Both the position numbers and the translations under genes were made by a program. From assembly GCF_964355755.1 (NCBI RefSeq), contig NC_092670.1:11084795-11148794 (forward strand): a stretch of DNA of 64,000 nucleotides. The letters are read 5' to 3'. This document shows, piece after piece, positions 63,163 through 64,000 of this stretch; the first letter of the stretch is position 1, and each line of letters begins with the position of its first letter. This DNA comes from Antedon mediterranea (Eukaryota > Animalia > Echinodermata). The notes beneath the pieces are model-generated. The model was not told the origin of the DNA. It searched no databases and was given only the letters and a program-made list of their open reading frames with translations.

Positions 63163-63273
63163 GTAGACTACAGTATGCCTACGTTGACTGGCCTAGTATC
63201 CACACAATGGGTAGCCTAGCGGAGCTCGATATGAACACGTCCGCTCACAACGAGAATTAGCTAACTTTTTGGA

Positions 63274-64000
63274 TTGGATTACTCTTAGCCAATAACGAAT
63301 TATATTAATGATAATTTGAATTCGGATAGTGAATCTTCCACATTCTCCTCTCACTGCAACACTTGGTGCAGAATTACCTATTCCTAGAATGTATTTACAG
63401 AATCTTAGATGAACTTTCTCTAATACTGATATATCATTTAAACCCCATATTTCGCTACCATAAAGTAAGATTGGCATAATCTTAACATCAAATATATGGT
63501 TCCATATATTAACTTGGAGGTTACCAAAACGTCTATGGGTCAATCCTTTTAATGTGAACAAAGCCTTATTAGCTTGTTGACAATTGTATTCTTTGGCTTT
63601 ATTCCAATTACCATTTGAGTTGAAAACAACTCCTAAATATTTAAAGGATTTGACAATGTCAACTGTATTTCCATTGTAATTCCATTTTTCAAATTTGTTA
63701 AGATTACCACCATTCTTAAACACCATAATATTACTCTTGTTAACATTGACAGTTACATCCCATCTTGTACAATAGGTAGATAACTTGTTTAAATAATATT
63801 GTAGACCATAAACGGTATCACCAAATAACATAAGGTCATCTGCATAGAGTAAATGATTAATTTTTAGATTCCCTATTTGGATTCTATGTTCGTTGCCTTC
63901 CTCATTTAATGTTTCACTCAAATCATTAATAAAAACATTAAATAAAAAGGACGAGAGTGGCGAACCCTGTTGTATACCTATTAGACATTTTAAAGAATTA
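63274..64000 (-). mobile_element. Host LINE, RT portion (continues beyond window)
   Basis: QQGSPLSSFLFNVFINDL..LLYADDLML..FKYLG..PILLYGSEIWG..RYWLRVIQ. Confidence 0.9.

Larger units (their letters stand above)
59813..63273 (-). mobile_element. CR1/L2-group LINE with N-terminal 2A peptide, nested in another LINE
   Basis: APE endonuclease (YQNVRSL, LTETWL, GGG, YRPP, GDFN, LDL, SDH) and RT (NYRPISLL, QHGF, DFSKAFDSV, GVPQGS, FADD); (AAAAT)n tail at 59813-59835. Confidence 0.9.

Overview
AT-rich eukaryotic (animal) genomic DNA, probably an invertebrate deuterostome such as an echinoderm (inferred from Deu/Nin-type SINEs, a 2A-bearing LINE and the gene content). The host content is a minus-strand tandem cluster of spliced PAN/Apple + fibrinogen-related-domain (FReD) lectin-like genes: one intact 4-exon gene (11832-17023), one pseudogene (22307-37080), the 3' half of a third (56627-58753) and a Helitron-disrupted first exon of a fourth (7053-7108). 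The rest is mostly mobile DNA: a decayed BEL/Pao LTR retrotransposon with its 3' LTR, several LINEs (one with a virus-like 2A 'stop-go' peptide, nested in another LINE), a Penelope-like element with hammerhead ribozyme motifs, Helitrons, Harbinger/Tc1/P-type MITEs, SINEs and minisatellites. The two most unusual items are: (i) a 7.5-kb insertion without terminal inverted repeats, with a 6-bp target duplication in a palindromic satellite site, encoding an apparently intact 8-exon, 1251-aa DxxH-type DDE transposase-like protein (Dada-like); (ii) an 8-copy 364-bp array carrying a well-folded tRNA-like gene with an ATC anticodon, next to the Penelope element and inside a kilobase-scale inverted repeat. 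All calls were made by eye; no database searches were run.
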